A stretch of DNA of 64,000 nt from Deltaproteobacteria bacterium (GCA_033763315.1 JANRKS010000001.1:32001-96000); one strand, 5' to 3'; shown: positions 17,949 to 27,683, counted from the first letter of the stretch. A program made the numbers and translations. The notes: a model not told the origin generated them from the sequence alone.

Positions 17949-19871
17949 ATGATGACTGTGATGTGCTTCCGCTTTTGCCAACGCCTCCGCGCCGCGCTCG
18001 TGTGCGCCGTGGCGCTGGGTGTGACCGTTGGACCAAGCCATCTGTGCCACGCGGCCGCCCAGTCGTTCGTGGCGCGTGCGGATCGCACGCAGGTGCCGCT
18101 CGATGACTCGTTCTTGTTTGAGGTCACCTTGGTTTTGGACGAAGGCCGCGCGCAGGGATACCGCGCGCCCAATTTCAAAGACTTTCGTGTTCTGGGCGAA
18201 CACCCAAGCCAAAGCACCCAGATTCAAATGGGCGGTGGCGGCACGCTCATGCAGGTGGTGTACTCGTGGCGTTACGAAGTGATGCCTCTGAAAACGGGCA
18301 CGTTTAAGATCGGTCCCGCGAAGGTGCGCATCGGCGATCGCGACATTGAGACCACGCCGGTCAGCATCACGGTCACCGAGGCCATGGGCGGTCAAGCGGC
18401 CGCGCCGCAGCCGCGCCAGGTGCCCGCAATCCCCGGATTCCCCCGCGGCCTGCGTGACATGTTGGAACCGCGGCGCGCGCCGCCTTCGTCCGGGGGGCAG
18501 AACTTCGTGCGCGTCGTTCCAAGCAAAACCAAAGCCTACGTGGGCGAGCAGATCACAGCCGAATGGTACCTTTACCTAACCGAGCGCCAAGACAAGTACG
18601 AAACCCTCAAAGAGCCGCACACCGATGGCTTTTGGGTGGAGGATCTGCCCATCGCCGGCAACGAACGTGGTTTGTCGCTGAGCCAACAAACGTTCGAGGG
18701 CCGCGCGTACCTTGTGGCCCCGCTGTTGCGTCGGGCGCTTTTCCCCTTGAGGTCTGGAACGTTGACGATTGTGCCGCTTGAGGCCGAGATCTCTCAGATC
18801 GATTTCTTTGGCTCCACCATGCGGACCGAACGCATCAAGGCCGCACCGCTCGACATTGAAGTGATGCCGCTGCCCAAGACGGGGCAACCAGCCAACTTTG
18901 ATCGCGCGGCCGTGGGCACGTTTTCGATCGCCGCCGTGTTGGACAAGGCGCGCGTGCCTGTAGGCGAGCCCGTGACGTTGAAGTTGCTGGTTTCGGGGCA
19001 AGGCAACGTGCGCAAGTTGGTGCCGCCTGAGCCGCCGCGCCTTGAAGGCTTCAAAGCCTATGAACCCAAGGTGACTTTTGAAGTGAACCCAGGCGAGCCT
19101 GTCAGTGGCAGCAAAACCGTGGAGGTGCTGTTGCTGGCACAAAAGCCCGGGACGTTCACAGTTCCCTCGGTGGCGCTGGCCTATTTCGATCCCAGCAAGG
19201 GCACGTATGCCACGGCAAAAACCGAAGCCCTGACAGTGACCGTCGTGGGCGAGGAAAATGCGGCGCCCACCGCAAGCGCGCCGCCATCGACCAGCGGCAA
19301 CGATGCGGCCACCCGCACAGAGAACGTTTTGCCAACCGAATTGCGGCCGATTCGCAGCAAGCCCACTTTGCGGCGTGATCTCGGCACAACGCTTTATCGA
19401 TCGCCGTGGTTCATGTGGCTGTTGTTGCTGCCACCGGCGGCCTTCGGGTTGTTGCTCACCACCAGCCAGGTGCGCCAACGTTTGTTGCAAGACACGGAAC
19501 GTCGCCGTGGCCGTCGCATGCGCCGTCAGGTGCGCAAGAGTTTGACCGTGGCCGAACGACATCTGGCTGCGGGCCGCAAAGCAGAATTCTTCATTGAAAT
19601 CGATCGAACCTTGCGCGAATTGCTATCGGCGAAACTTGGTCGCGTGGTCAGCGGCTTGTCGATGGATGAGCTGCGCACCAAACTCGCCGAAGCCGGGCTT
19701 GATCAAGCCTTGGCCAACCGAGTGACGGCGATGTTGGAAGAATGCGATCAAGCCCGCTTTGCGCCTGGCAGCGTCAGCGACGATGGTATGACCACCGCGC
19801 TAGATCGCGCCGGTGAATTGATTGTGCAACTTGAGCGCAGCCGCATGACGAAACAGGAGGCCGCACGATGA
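17949..19871 (+). CDS. batD: BatD family protein
   Basis: Signal peptide, repeated Ig-like segments (KAYVGEQI, RALFPL, AVGTFSI, VSGQGNV, YFDP), one TM helix near the C-terminus. Start approximate. Confidence 0.85.
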   Translation: MMTVMCFRFCQRLRAALVCAVALGVTVGPSHLCHAAAQSFVARADRTQVPLDDSFLFEVTLVLDEGRAQGYRAPNFKDFRVLGEHPSQSTQIQMGGGGTLMQVVYSWRYEVMPLKTGTFKIGPAKVRIGDRDIETTPVSITVTEAMGGQAAAPQPRQVPAIPGFPRGLRDMLEPRRAPPSSGGQNFVRVVPSKTKAYVGEQITAEWYLYLTERQDKYETLKEPHTDGFWVEDLPIAGNERGLSLSQQTFEGRAYLVAPLLRRALFPLRSGTLTIVPLEAEISQIDFFGSTMRTERIKAAPLDIEVMPLPKTGQPANFDRAAVGTFSIAAVLDKARVPVGEPVTLKLLVSGQGNVRKLVPPEPPRLEGFKAYEPKVTFEVNPGEPVSGSKTVEVLLLAQKPGTFTVPSVALAYFDPSKGTYATAKTEALTVTVVGEENAAPTASAPPSTSGNDAATRTENVLPTELRPIRSKPTLRRDLGTTLYRSPWFMWLLLLPPAAFGLLLTTSQVRQRLLQDTERRRGRRMRRQVRKSLTVAERHLAAGRKAEFFIEIDRTLRELLSAKLGRVVSGLSMDELRTKLAEAGLDQALANRVTAMLEECDQARFAPGSVSDDGMTTALDRAGELIVQLERSRMTKQEAAR

Positions 19872-20635
19872 AACGCCGGCTTGGCATCGTCATGGCCGCC
19901 GCCGCCGTCATCATCGCGCTTGCCGCCTCCGCGCGCGCCGACGTCTTAGACGAAGCGTGGAAGCAGGGCAACGCCGCCTACCTGGCAGGTGACTGGGATA
20001 AGGCCGCCGCCGCGTTTGGCGAATTGGATCGGCAAGGTGTTGTGTCGTCTGACCTTTACTACAACATGGGCGTCACTTACTTCCGGTTGGGTGATCTGGG
20101 GCGCGCCGCCTGGGCGTTTGAGCGCACGTTGGGCGCCAACCCCAAAGACGAGGACGCCGCCTTCAATTTGGCGCAAGTCCGCAAGCTGTTGAGTCGTCGT
20201 ACCACTGATAAAATCGAGGGCGCTGAACGTGACCCAGCGTGGATTCGCGTGGTGTCGGTGCTCACGCCCTCAGAGCAAACGTGGCTGTTTGTGATCTTCT
20301 ATTTGCTGACGTTTTGGTTTCTGTTTTGGCGTCTGCGCGTGCCACCCGATGGCCGCGCGCCTTGGTCTGCGGCGGCCGCCTTGATGGGGTTGGGTGCGCT
20401 GCTTGCAGGCTTGTTGTTGCTCGGCCGTGTGGCCCTGGACCGCATACCGTTCGGCATCGTGTTGCCCGAATCCGTTGCAGTTAAAGAAGGCGCCGATGCC
20501 AATTACCGCACGAACTTTCAGGTCCACGCAGGCCTGCGCGTGCGTTTGCTTGAACAAGACGCGGGATGGACGCGGGTGCGTTTGGCCAACGGCCTTGAAG
20601 GTTGGGTGCGTGCGCCCGACATCGGCAGGTTGTGA
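19868..20635 (+). CDS. batE: BatE-like TPR/SH3 protein
   Basis: GNAAY...LYYNMG...GRA...NL TPR, two TM helices, C-terminal SH3b-like WTRVRLANGLEGWV. Confidence 0.82.
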   Translation: MKRRLGIVMAAAAVIIALAASARADVLDEAWKQGNAAYLAGDWDKAAAAFGELDRQGVVSSDLYYNMGVTYFRLGDLGRAAWAFERTLGANPKDEDAAFNLAQVRKLLSRRTTDKIEGAERDPAWIRVVSVLTPSEQTWLFVIFYLLTFWFLFWRLRVPPDGRAPWSAAAALMGLGALLAGLLLLGRVALDRIPFGIVLPESVAVKEGADANYRTNFQVHAGLRVRLLEQDAGWTRVRLANGLEGWVRAPDIGRL

Positions 20636-20688
20636 TCCGTCGGCCGGCTGACTCGCGGTTTCGTTGGGCCCGCCTATACTAGTCGCCC

Positions 20689-21297
20689 ATGAAGCTTTGC
20701 CCGTTCTGCGCCGAAGAGATCCAGGACGCCGCCATCAAGTGCCGGTTCTGCGGATCAATGCTCAACGAAGCGCCGCAGATCGCCCCACGCGCGCAGAACG
20801 AGGGCCCGCCCCGCGAATTGTTTCACGGTAGCCCGTCGTGGAAAGCCCAGATGGCCGCGCACGTGGGCGCTGGGCTGTTGGTGATCGCCGGCATCGCCGC
20901 TTGCTTTGTGGTGCCGCGCGCGTTCGATCAAACCAATGAGGTTGGTTTCATCGCGGGAGGGGTGTTGGCCGCGGGCGGCTTGGCGTGGGCGCTGGCGTTG
21001 TGGCTGGGCCGCTTCGTTCAATTCCGCATCACCACAACGGCCATCGACGTGGAATCGGGCATCGTGGGCAAGCGTGTGGAGACGGTGCAGTTGTGGAAAG
21101 TGCGCGATCTCACCTACCAACAAACGGTGGCAGATCGATTGTTGAAGTTGGCCCGCATTCACGTGGTGACGCAGGATCCATCGTCTCCTGATCTGGATCT
21201 GTGGGGCATGCCCGCCAGCCGCGAGATCTTCGAGCGGCTCAAGCAAGCGGTGGAGGCCGCCCGTCGCAAGGGCGGCGTGGTGGGCGTCGTGGAGTGA
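20689..21297 (+). CDS. Zinc-ribbon + bacterial PH domain membrane protein
   Basis: CPFCAEEIQDAAIKCRFCG, two TM helices, bPH_2-like FRITT..I.VESG...VRDL..QQT..DR. Confidence 0.7.
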   Translation: MKLCPFCAEEIQDAAIKCRFCGSMLNEAPQIAPRAQNEGPPRELFHGSPSWKAQMAAHVGAGLLVIAGIAACFVVPRAFDQTNEVGFIAGGVLAAGGLAWALALWLGRFVQFRITTTAIDVESGIVGKRVETVQLWKVRDLTYQQTVADRLLKLARIHVVTQDPSSPDLDLWGMPASREIFERLKQAVEAARRKGGVVGVVE

Positions 21298-21370
21298 TCC
21301 GCGCGACAGTTTGGTTCTGAATATTAATGCGCCATTTGCTAGTTATTCAGCAGTCGTTTAAGACTGCCGT

Positions 21371-22912
21371 ATGACACGCCTTCGCTTCGCGCTCGTCGTT
21401 CTTCTTTTCACAACGATCCCGGTGGTTGCCACCGCGGCCGCGGCCCCCGCAAATGTCGCTCAGTGGGACCGGTTCGAGGTCACCTTGCCCGGCCCAGCCG
21501 AAGGAAACCCGTTTGCGGATGTGCAGTTGTCCGCCGTTTTCACCCAAGGCAAAACCAGCGTCACCGTCAAAGGCTTTTACGATAACGGCGGAACCTACCG
21601 CGTGCGGTTCATGCCGCAGAGGCAAGGTGCGTGGCGCTATGTCACCCGCAGCAACGTCGCGGCGCTGAACAACCAAACGGGCAGCTTCAACGCCGTGGCG
21701 CCTCGCAAGGGCAACCCCGGACCGGTCGTTGTGAAAGACTCGTTCAGTTTCGCCTATGCCAGCGGCGCCGCTTACGTGCCCGTGGGCACCACAATCTACG
21801 CGATGGTGCACCAAGAGGACCCGTTGCTAGAGCGAACCATCGCTTCGTTGGCCAAAGCGCCCTTTAACAAGGTTCGCTTGTGCGTGTTCCCCAAGTGGTA
21901 CAGCTACAACCACGTCGAGCCCCCCCGCCCTCCGTTTGTGGGCGATGGGCAAGGACGTTTCGACTACGCCCGGCCCAACCCGGAGTTTTACCAGCACCTA
22001 GAAAAACAGATCGATCGGTTGGCAGCGCTGGGCATCGAAGTGGACTTGATCCTGTTCCATCCGTACGACGAAAACCACTGGGGTTTTGATCGCATGGGCC
22101 GCGAGAACGACGAACGCTATCTCAGCTATTTGTTGGCGCGCTTGTCGTCCTTTCACAACGTGTGGTGGTCGATGGCCAACGAATGGGACTTCGTAAAGCG
22201 GAGAACGGTTGAGGATTGGAATCGCTTGTTCGATCTCATTGCCGCTGAGGATCCGTACCGGCATTTGGCGTCGATCCACAACGGCACCAAATTCTTCGAC
22301 CACCACCGCGCGCCCATCTCACACACAAGCGTTCAACACCCAGACGTGAGGCGCCTTTATGCCTGGCGCAAGGAGTATGGCAAGCCGGCGGTCGACGACG
22401 AATGCGAGTACGAAGGCAACATCGAAGCGCCCTGGGGCAACATCACGCCGCAAGAGCTCACGCACCGGTTCTGGGTTGGTTTTGTGTCAGGTGGCTTTGT
22501 GGGGCACGGGGAGACGTACGTGGCGCCCGACGAGGTCTTGTGGTGGGCTCGTGGTGGTGAACTGCGCGGGCAAAGCCCCTCACGCATCGCCTTTTTGCGT
22601 AAGTTCATCGAAGAAGCCGGTGGCCTTTCGCCGCTGCCAGACCAGTGGCCTTTTGACCGCACGCCTGCCGCCAAGCAAGGCAACCGTTACGTCATCTACT
22701 TTGGCAATCATCAGCCGTCTATATTCACGTCGTTCATGACGGACCAATTGGTCAAAGATGAGCCATCGCTCAAAACGGCCACGTGGCGTTTTGAGATCCT
22801 GGACACCTGGAACATGACCCGCACGCCGATTCCGGGCGTGCATAAGGGCAAGTTCAGCGTGACGCTGCCCGGTCAGCCATGGATGGCCCTGGTGGCAACG
22901 CCCACGAAGTGA
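21371..22912 (+). CDS. Secreted glycoside hydrolase, DUF5060/DUF4038 (apiosidase-like)/DUF5605 architecture
   Basis: Signal peptide; QWDRFEVTL.GP..GNPF, GFYD..G.Y.VRFMP, PFNKVRLCVFPK, WSMANEWD, SIHNG, DECEYEG, GHGETY. Confidence 0.78.
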   Translation: MTRLRFALVVLLFTTIPVVATAAAAPANVAQWDRFEVTLPGPAEGNPFADVQLSAVFTQGKTSVTVKGFYDNGGTYRVRFMPQRQGAWRYVTRSNVAALNNQTGSFNAVAPRKGNPGPVVVKDSFSFAYASGAAYVPVGTTIYAMVHQEDPLLERTIASLAKAPFNKVRLCVFPKWYSYNHVEPPRPPFVGDGQGRFDYARPNPEFYQHLEKQIDRLAALGIEVDLILFHPYDENHWGFDRMGRENDERYLSYLLARLSSFHNVWWSMANEWDFVKRRTVEDWNRLFDLIAAEDPYRHLASIHNGTKFFDHHRAPISHTSVQHPDVRRLYAWRKEYGKPAVDDECEYEGNIEAPWGNITPQELTHRFWVGFVSGGFVGHGETYVAPDEVLWWARGGELRGQSPSRIAFLRKFIEEAGGLSPLPDQWPFDRTPAAKQGNRYVIYFGNHQPSIFTSFMTDQLVKDEPSLKTATWRFEILDTWNMTRTPIPGVHKGKFSVTLPGQPWMALVATPTK

Positions 22913-22933
22913 ACGTTGCGCACACCGCGGAGG

Positions 22934-23653
22934 CTACGCCAGGAAGTCCTTCTTTTCGTAGCCTTCACGGATGTGGTCCATCGTGGCTTCTTCTAAAAGG
23001 TCTTGCATGGTCGAGCCACCGTAACGGGCGGCGATGCGGTCGTCGTATTCGTCGGCAACGATGGCAAAGTCAGCCAACGTGTCCAAGAACTCGCGGGCGT
23101 CGGCGACGTCGCGTTCAAGCAGGGTGTGGCACAACACCACCACGTTGCCCTTCGGAATGAAAGCGAAAGCGCCGAAGCGCATGGCCGCGTTGAGCTCAAG
23201 CAGCTCAAGTGCCAATGGCACCTCCATGCTCACGCCCTTGACCAACTGTGCGGTCAAGCGGATGACCACGTGCTTGCCTTTCCACTGGTGCACACTGATC
23301 ATCACCAAGCTTGATCCTTGCTTGATGACATAAAGACCGGCATCAACCTTGCGGTAGGCGGAGCTCTTCGACAACAAGGCCTCGACTCGCTTGCACGTGG
23401 CCGTGACGGCGTTGAAGTTGGCAAGTTTGGCGGCGGCTTCAGCGGACGCTCTGTGGTCGCTGGATTTGCCATTGGCTTTGCTGGCTTTCGGCACAGCGGG
23501 TTTGGCCGCGGCTTTGGCAGCCCCTTTGGGTATCACCTTGGCCGGTGGTTTGGCGCTGGTCTTCGTCGGACGCGCGGTACGGCTGGGCTTCGCTTTGCGG
23601 GCCGAAGCGGCGGTCACCTGGCTCTTGCTGCCTTTGGTCTTTGAAGTCGCCAT
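22934..23653 (-). CDS. YbjN/type III chaperone-like domain protein with Lys/Ala-rich N-terminus
   Basis: Start moved to ATG 23653 (MATSKTK); basic low-complexity N-half; LLELNAAMRFGAF and ADEYDD in the C-half. Confidence 0.65.
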   Translation of the reverse strand: MATSKTKGSKSQVTAASARKAKPSRTARPTKTSAKPPAKVIPKGAAKAAAKPAVPKASKANGKSSDHRASAEAAAKLANFNAVTATCKRVEALLSKSSAYRKVDAGLYVIKQGSSLVMISVHQWKGKHVVIRLTAQLVKGVSMEVPLALELLELNAAMRFGAFAFIPKGNVVVLCHTLLERDVADAREFLDTLADFAIVADEYDDRIAARYGGSTMQDLLEEATMDHIREGYEKKDFLA

Positions 23654-23655
23654 GG

Positions 23656-24075
23656 CTATTGGGTACCACGGCTTCCGCCCGTGGCAAAGTTCTGGTTGAT
23701 GCCGCCCACAAACAAGGCCGCCCATCCCACGATGAAAGCCAAGCCGCCCACCGGGGTGATGGCGCCCAGCCACCCGATCCCCGTTAACGCCAACGTGTAG
23801 AGCGTGCCGCTGAACACCAACACCCCACCCAAGAACGCCCAGCGCGTGACGTGGCCCAATTTTAAACGCCGCCCCGCCACCGCCACGCCCAGCAGGGCCA
23901 CCGCGTGCAGCAAGTGATAAAGCACGCCGGTGCGGTAAACCTCAAGCAGCGGCGGCGTGATTCGATCCTTTAAGCCGTGGGCGCCGAATGCCCCCAACGC
24001 CACACCCACGCCACCCACAAGGCCCGCGATCCGAATCCAGTTGTGTGACGTCTTGTCTGCGTGCGTTTCTTCCAT
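23656..24075 (-). CDS. DUF423 (YgdD/TMEM256) membrane protein
   Basis: VALGAFGAHGL, YHLLHA, FSGTLY, GAITPVGG. Start at ATG 24075. Confidence 0.88.
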   Translation of the reverse strand: MEETHADKTSHNWIRIAGLVGGVGVALGAFGAHGLKDRITPPLLEVYRTGVLYHLLHAVALLGVAVAGRRLKLGHVTRWAFLGGVLVFSGTLYTLALTGIGWLGAITPVGGLAFIVGWAALFVGGINQNFATGGSRGTQ

Positions 24076-24079
24076 GAGC

Positions 24080-25489
24080 TTATCCCTCGGCGCCATCGCG
24101 GTGCAGGCCGAGTGTGCGCATCTTTTTGTGTAAGTTGGTGCGCTCGATTCCAAGCTGCGTGGCCGTGCGCGAAATGTTCCACGCGTTGTCTTCCAACTTG
24201 GCCTTGATGTATTGCTTCTCCATCAAATCACGGAACTCCCGCAATGGCAGCGCGCGCGCTTCGGCCGGCAACTCGAGGCCCGTGATGTGCGTGGGCAGCG
24301 GCGCTTGCGGCCGCATCGCCTCAGCGACGATTTCTTCCGGCAGATCGCCCACGCCGATGGTGTCCTCAGAGAGGATCACCAGACGTTCCATCACGTTGCG
24401 CAGCTCGCGCACGTTTCCCGGCCATGGGTAATGCGACAAGATGCGCACCGCTTCTTCGGATATCGGTTTTGTGCGCAGGCCGTTTTCTTGGCAAATCTGC
24501 TCTACAAATGAACGCGCCAACATCGGCACGTCTTCGGCGCGATCACGCAATGGCGGCGCTTTGAGCGGAACGACGTTCAGGCGAAAATACAGATCTTCGC
24601 GGAACTGACCCGTAGCCACGCCGGCCTGTAGATCACGGTTGGTGGCCGCCAACACGCGAACGTCCACGCGCAAGGTTTGTTCGCCGCCCACGCGCGTAAA
24701 CTCGCCCGACTGCAACACACGCAACACCTTGGCCTGCGCAGACAGGCTCATGTCGCCGATTTCATCTAAGAAGATGGTGCCGCCATCGGCTTGTTCGAAC
24801 AAGCCCTTTTTGCGTTGGCTTGCTCCCGTGAACGCTCCCCGCTCGTGGCCAAACAATTCCGATTCGATGAGCTCGGGTGGAATCGCGGCACAATTCACTT
24901 TCACAAACGGCTTGTCGCGCAGGGGGCTTTCACGGTGCACGGCGCGCGCGATCAATTCTTTTCCTGTGCCGGACTCACCCGTGATCAGCACGCGCGTGCG
25001 TGTGGGTGCCACCTTCGAGATTTGCGCAAACAACGCCGTCATGCCGGGGCTTTGGCCCACCATCTCCCAGCGCCCGTGGGTAAGCGCGCGCAGGCCTTCC
25101 ACCTCCATCGCCATGGCGTGCCGCTCTAAAGCGTTGCGCAGGGTCACGATCAAGCGATCGCGGTCCAAGGGCTTGTCGAGAAAATCATAGGCGCCTGTCT
25201 TCACGGCGCGCACGGCATCGGCCAAAGTGCCGTGGCCGGAGATCATCAGCACGCTCGGGCGCGTGGCAAAGGCGCCAGGCTTGACGATGGCTTCCAACAC
25301 TTCAAGCCCTGAGATGCCGGGCAACTGAACATCAAGCAGCACAACGTCGGGTGCTACATCGGGCAGCCGCGCCAGCGCTTCTTCGCCACTGCTCGCTTCC
25401 TCCACCGCGTAGCCTTCGCCTTCAAGCACCATACGAACGGTGCGGCGAATGTTTTTCTCATCGTCAACGATGAATACGGTGGCGGCCAT
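24080..25489 (-). CDS. Sigma54-dependent response regulator (NtrC/NtrX family)
   Basis: Receiver domain (VDDE, LLDVQLP, DKP), GESGTGKE, ESELFGHERGAFTGA, FLDEIGD, WPGNVREL, Fis-type HTH. Confidence 0.93.
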   Translation of the reverse strand: MAATVFIVDDEKNIRRTVRMVLEGEGYAVEEASSGEEALARLPDVAPDVVLLDVQLPGISGLEVLEAIVKPGAFATRPSVLMISGHGTLADAVRAVKTGAYDFLDKPLDRDRLIVTLRNALERHAMAMEVEGLRALTHGRWEMVGQSPGMTALFAQISKVAPTRTRVLITGESGTGKELIARAVHRESPLRDKPFVKVNCAAIPPELIESELFGHERGAFTGASQRKKGLFEQADGGTIFLDEIGDMSLSAQAKVLRVLQSGEFTRVGGEQTLRVDVRVLAATNRDLQAGVATGQFREDLYFRLNVVPLKAPPLRDRAEDVPMLARSFVEQICQENGLRTKPISEEAVRILSHYPWPGNVRELRNVMERLVILSEDTIGVGDLPEEIVAEAMRPQAPLPTHITGLELPAEARALPLREFRDLMEKQYIKAKLEDNAWNISRTATQLGIERTNLHKKMRTLGLHRDGAEG

Positions 25490-25545
25490 GAGGCGCCGAG
25501 TTTAGCAGCCTTGCCCGCCGCCGTGGGTTTCATGAGCGGTCAAGC

Positions 25546-26583
25546 TTACTCGCTGGGAAGAAAGCCCACTTCGCTGCCGGGGCTGAGGTTCAAACTTTGC
25601 GCCAGCTCGGGTGTCACAACCAAATGCCCCGAGACGATGGCCACCTTGGCCATGCGAGCCACAAAGTAAGGCGGCTCATCCACGGCCACAGCCACGAGAC
25701 CCGCGACGGGAGTCACGCGGGCTGGCAACGGCGCCACATCGTGCACCATAAGGCGCCGCGCCTGGGTCACGAGCGTCACTTCATCCGTCTTGGCATGAAA
25801 GTGTGGGCCACCATCAAAAGGATCGATGCGGCTTGCGTACTCAAAGCCGATGCCGCGCAGCATGTGTTCCACGCCTTTGGTCTTTGGTCCCACCTGCCCG
25901 ATCATCGCTTGCGCCTCAGGTGGCAGCAGCGATGCGTAGATGGGGCCCTGCGGAAATAATGTGCGGATGAACTCTTTGTTCTCGCGCGACAGCTGATCGG
26001 CCTCTTGATACGACAAGCCCGTAAAACGTCGCCCCAAGCTTTCCCACAATAAGCTGCGCCCATCGGGCTCAAGCGGCGGCATCAACTCGGATACGATCTC
26101 ATCTTTAAAATCGCTTCGTCGCATCGCCATGAACAAGAAGCGCACGAACGACAATTGTTTGCCGAGCTTGGCTGCGTGGCCGCGTGCTTGCGGCTGCAGC
26201 ACCAAGCCGCCAATTTCTGTGACGCCTTGATAGTCGTAGCCGATGCGCAAGATGGTGTGCACAAACAGGCGATCCAAAGTTTCGCTGTAACGTTCTTCTT
26301 TGCCCACCTCGAAGAAGATGTGCGGCGCGCGGCGCGACCCGTGCTGCGCGAAGATCATGGCGCAGCCAAGGACGTTCATGGGCTCATCCTCGGCGTGCAA
26401 CACGAACATAAATTCGCGCTTTGCGGCTTCGACCTTGCCCGCAAACGAACGCATCGAACGCTCGGCGATCTGGTGAAGGCGGTCTTTGTCGTGCGGTAGG
26501 TTTACGGAGTCGAGGTGCTTGGATACGGCATAAAGCGAATCCACATCGCTCGGCACTACGGCGCGGATCAAGAATGGTGGCAT
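25546..26583 (-). CDS. astA: Arginine N-succinyltransferase family protein
   Basis: FLIRAV, NLPHD, TEIGGLVL, GKQLSFVRFLF, GRSLLWESLGRRFTGLSYQEAD, IDPFDGGP. Confidence 0.82.
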   Translation of the reverse strand: MPPFLIRAVVPSDVDSLYAVSKHLDSVNLPHDKDRLHQIAERSMRSFAGKVEAAKREFMFVLHAEDEPMNVLGCAMIFAQHGSRRAPHIFFEVGKEERYSETLDRLFVHTILRIGYDYQGVTEIGGLVLQPQARGHAAKLGKQLSFVRFLFMAMRRSDFKDEIVSELMPPLEPDGRSLLWESLGRRFTGLSYQEADQLSRENKEFIRTLFPQGPIYASLLPPEAQAMIGQVGPKTKGVEHMLRGIGFEYASRIDPFDGGPHFHAKTDEVTLVTQARRLMVHDVAPLPARVTPVAGLVAVAVDEPPYFVARMAKVAIVSGHLVVTPELAQSLNLSPGSEVGFLPSE

Positions 26584-26587
26584 GCGT

Positions 26588-27598
26588 TTACGGAGCCGCG
26601 GCCGCGGTTGTCGCGAACGCGTCTGCCTGCAGGCCGAAGGCGGAAGCCATCACATCAAACATGGGCAGCTCCGGCAACGTGTGCGGCGCCAGCAAAACGG
26701 TGTAATCCACAATCCGGAAGGGCAGGCGGGGCTTTTGTTTTGCCGTTGGCACCATCGTTGTGGCGGAGGCAACCTTGCGGTTGTGCTCCTGCACCCAATC
26801 GAGCAGCCGAGGCAACGCGCGGGCGGTGGAAGGGTGCGTGTCATGCAGCAACAAAATGCCGCGGCCCTTAAGGCTCTGCAGTTGCCCAATGGCGATGGCC
26901 ACGGTCTCGTCGGCGTCCTGCACCTTCCACTCTTGTGGATCGACGTTCCAACCCACGTTCGTAAGCCCGCGCTCGGCAAGCGCCTTTTCCAAGGGCGCAC
27001 ACGTGCCACCATAAGGCGCGCGAAACAGCATGGGATACACGCCCGTGATCGCTGCGATCATCTCGGCGTTGCCATCGATCTCGTGGGGAATCGAAGCATG
27101 ATCGGCACACAACTCTTGGTGCGTGAGTGAGTGGTTGCCCACCAAGTGTCCATGCGTCGCCAGTTTACGCAGCAGATGCCGACGAGCGCGATCGGCTGGC
27201 TTGTCGCCCATCAAGCTGCGGCCATTGACGAAAAACACTGCCTTGAGGCCGCGTCGATCCAACTCTTCCAGTACCAAGGGCGTCGTTGACAGATCGGGGC
27301 CGTCGTCGAACGTCAGAAGGATTTCGTGCGCGTCGCCCGCGGGGTTAAGCGCGGTGGCATTCACGCTGGGCGGTGAGTTGAGCAGTGCCTTGCGCTTGAG
27401 AAAGCGCGGGAACAAACGCGATGAGAAAGCGGGCACCCCATCTTTGCTGTCCGCGTTGTTGTCTGCGTCGACGAACGAAACCGACGACCGAAAGCCAGCA
27501 ATTCCCGCAAAGTGCTCCTCGACCTTGCCGCTGCCTCCCCCGGGCAGCGGTAAAATGACCGGAAGAACTCCGGCTATGAGGGCCAAAAGCAAACGCAC
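26588..27598 (-). CDS. Polysaccharide deacetylase (CE4/NodB) family, exported
   Basis: All five CE4 motifs: TFDDGP, HSLTH, FRAPYG, DPQEW, LLLHD; hydrophobic N-terminus. Confidence 0.88.
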   Translation of the reverse strand: MRLLLALIAGVLPVILPLPGGGSGKVEEHFAGIAGFRSSVSFVDADNNADSKDGVPAFSSRLFPRFLKRKALLNSPPSVNATALNPAGDAHEILLTFDDGPDLSTTPLVLEELDRRGLKAVFFVNGRSLMGDKPADRARRHLLRKLATHGHLVGNHSLTHQELCADHASIPHEIDGNAEMIAAITGVYPMLFRAPYGGTCAPLEKALAERGLTNVGWNVDPQEWKVQDADETVAIAIGQLQSLKGRGILLLHDTHPSTARALPRLLDWVQEHNRKVASATTMVPTAKQKPRLPFRIVDYTVLLAPHTLPELPMFDVMASAFGLQADAFATTAAAAP

Positions 27599-27644
27599 AA
27601 CGGACTAGTTTAAGGCGTAAACGGCTGTTTCCGCAAAACACTCC

Positions 27645-27683
27645 AAAAGAAAAGCCCCCAGCAGGGGTTACCTGTGGGGGCTG
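27645..27683 (-). terminator. Intrinsic terminator after the 617-aa lipoprotein gene
   Basis: Minus strand AGCCCCCACAGG-TAACC-CCTGCTGGGGGCT followed by TTTCTTTT. Confidence 0.75.
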
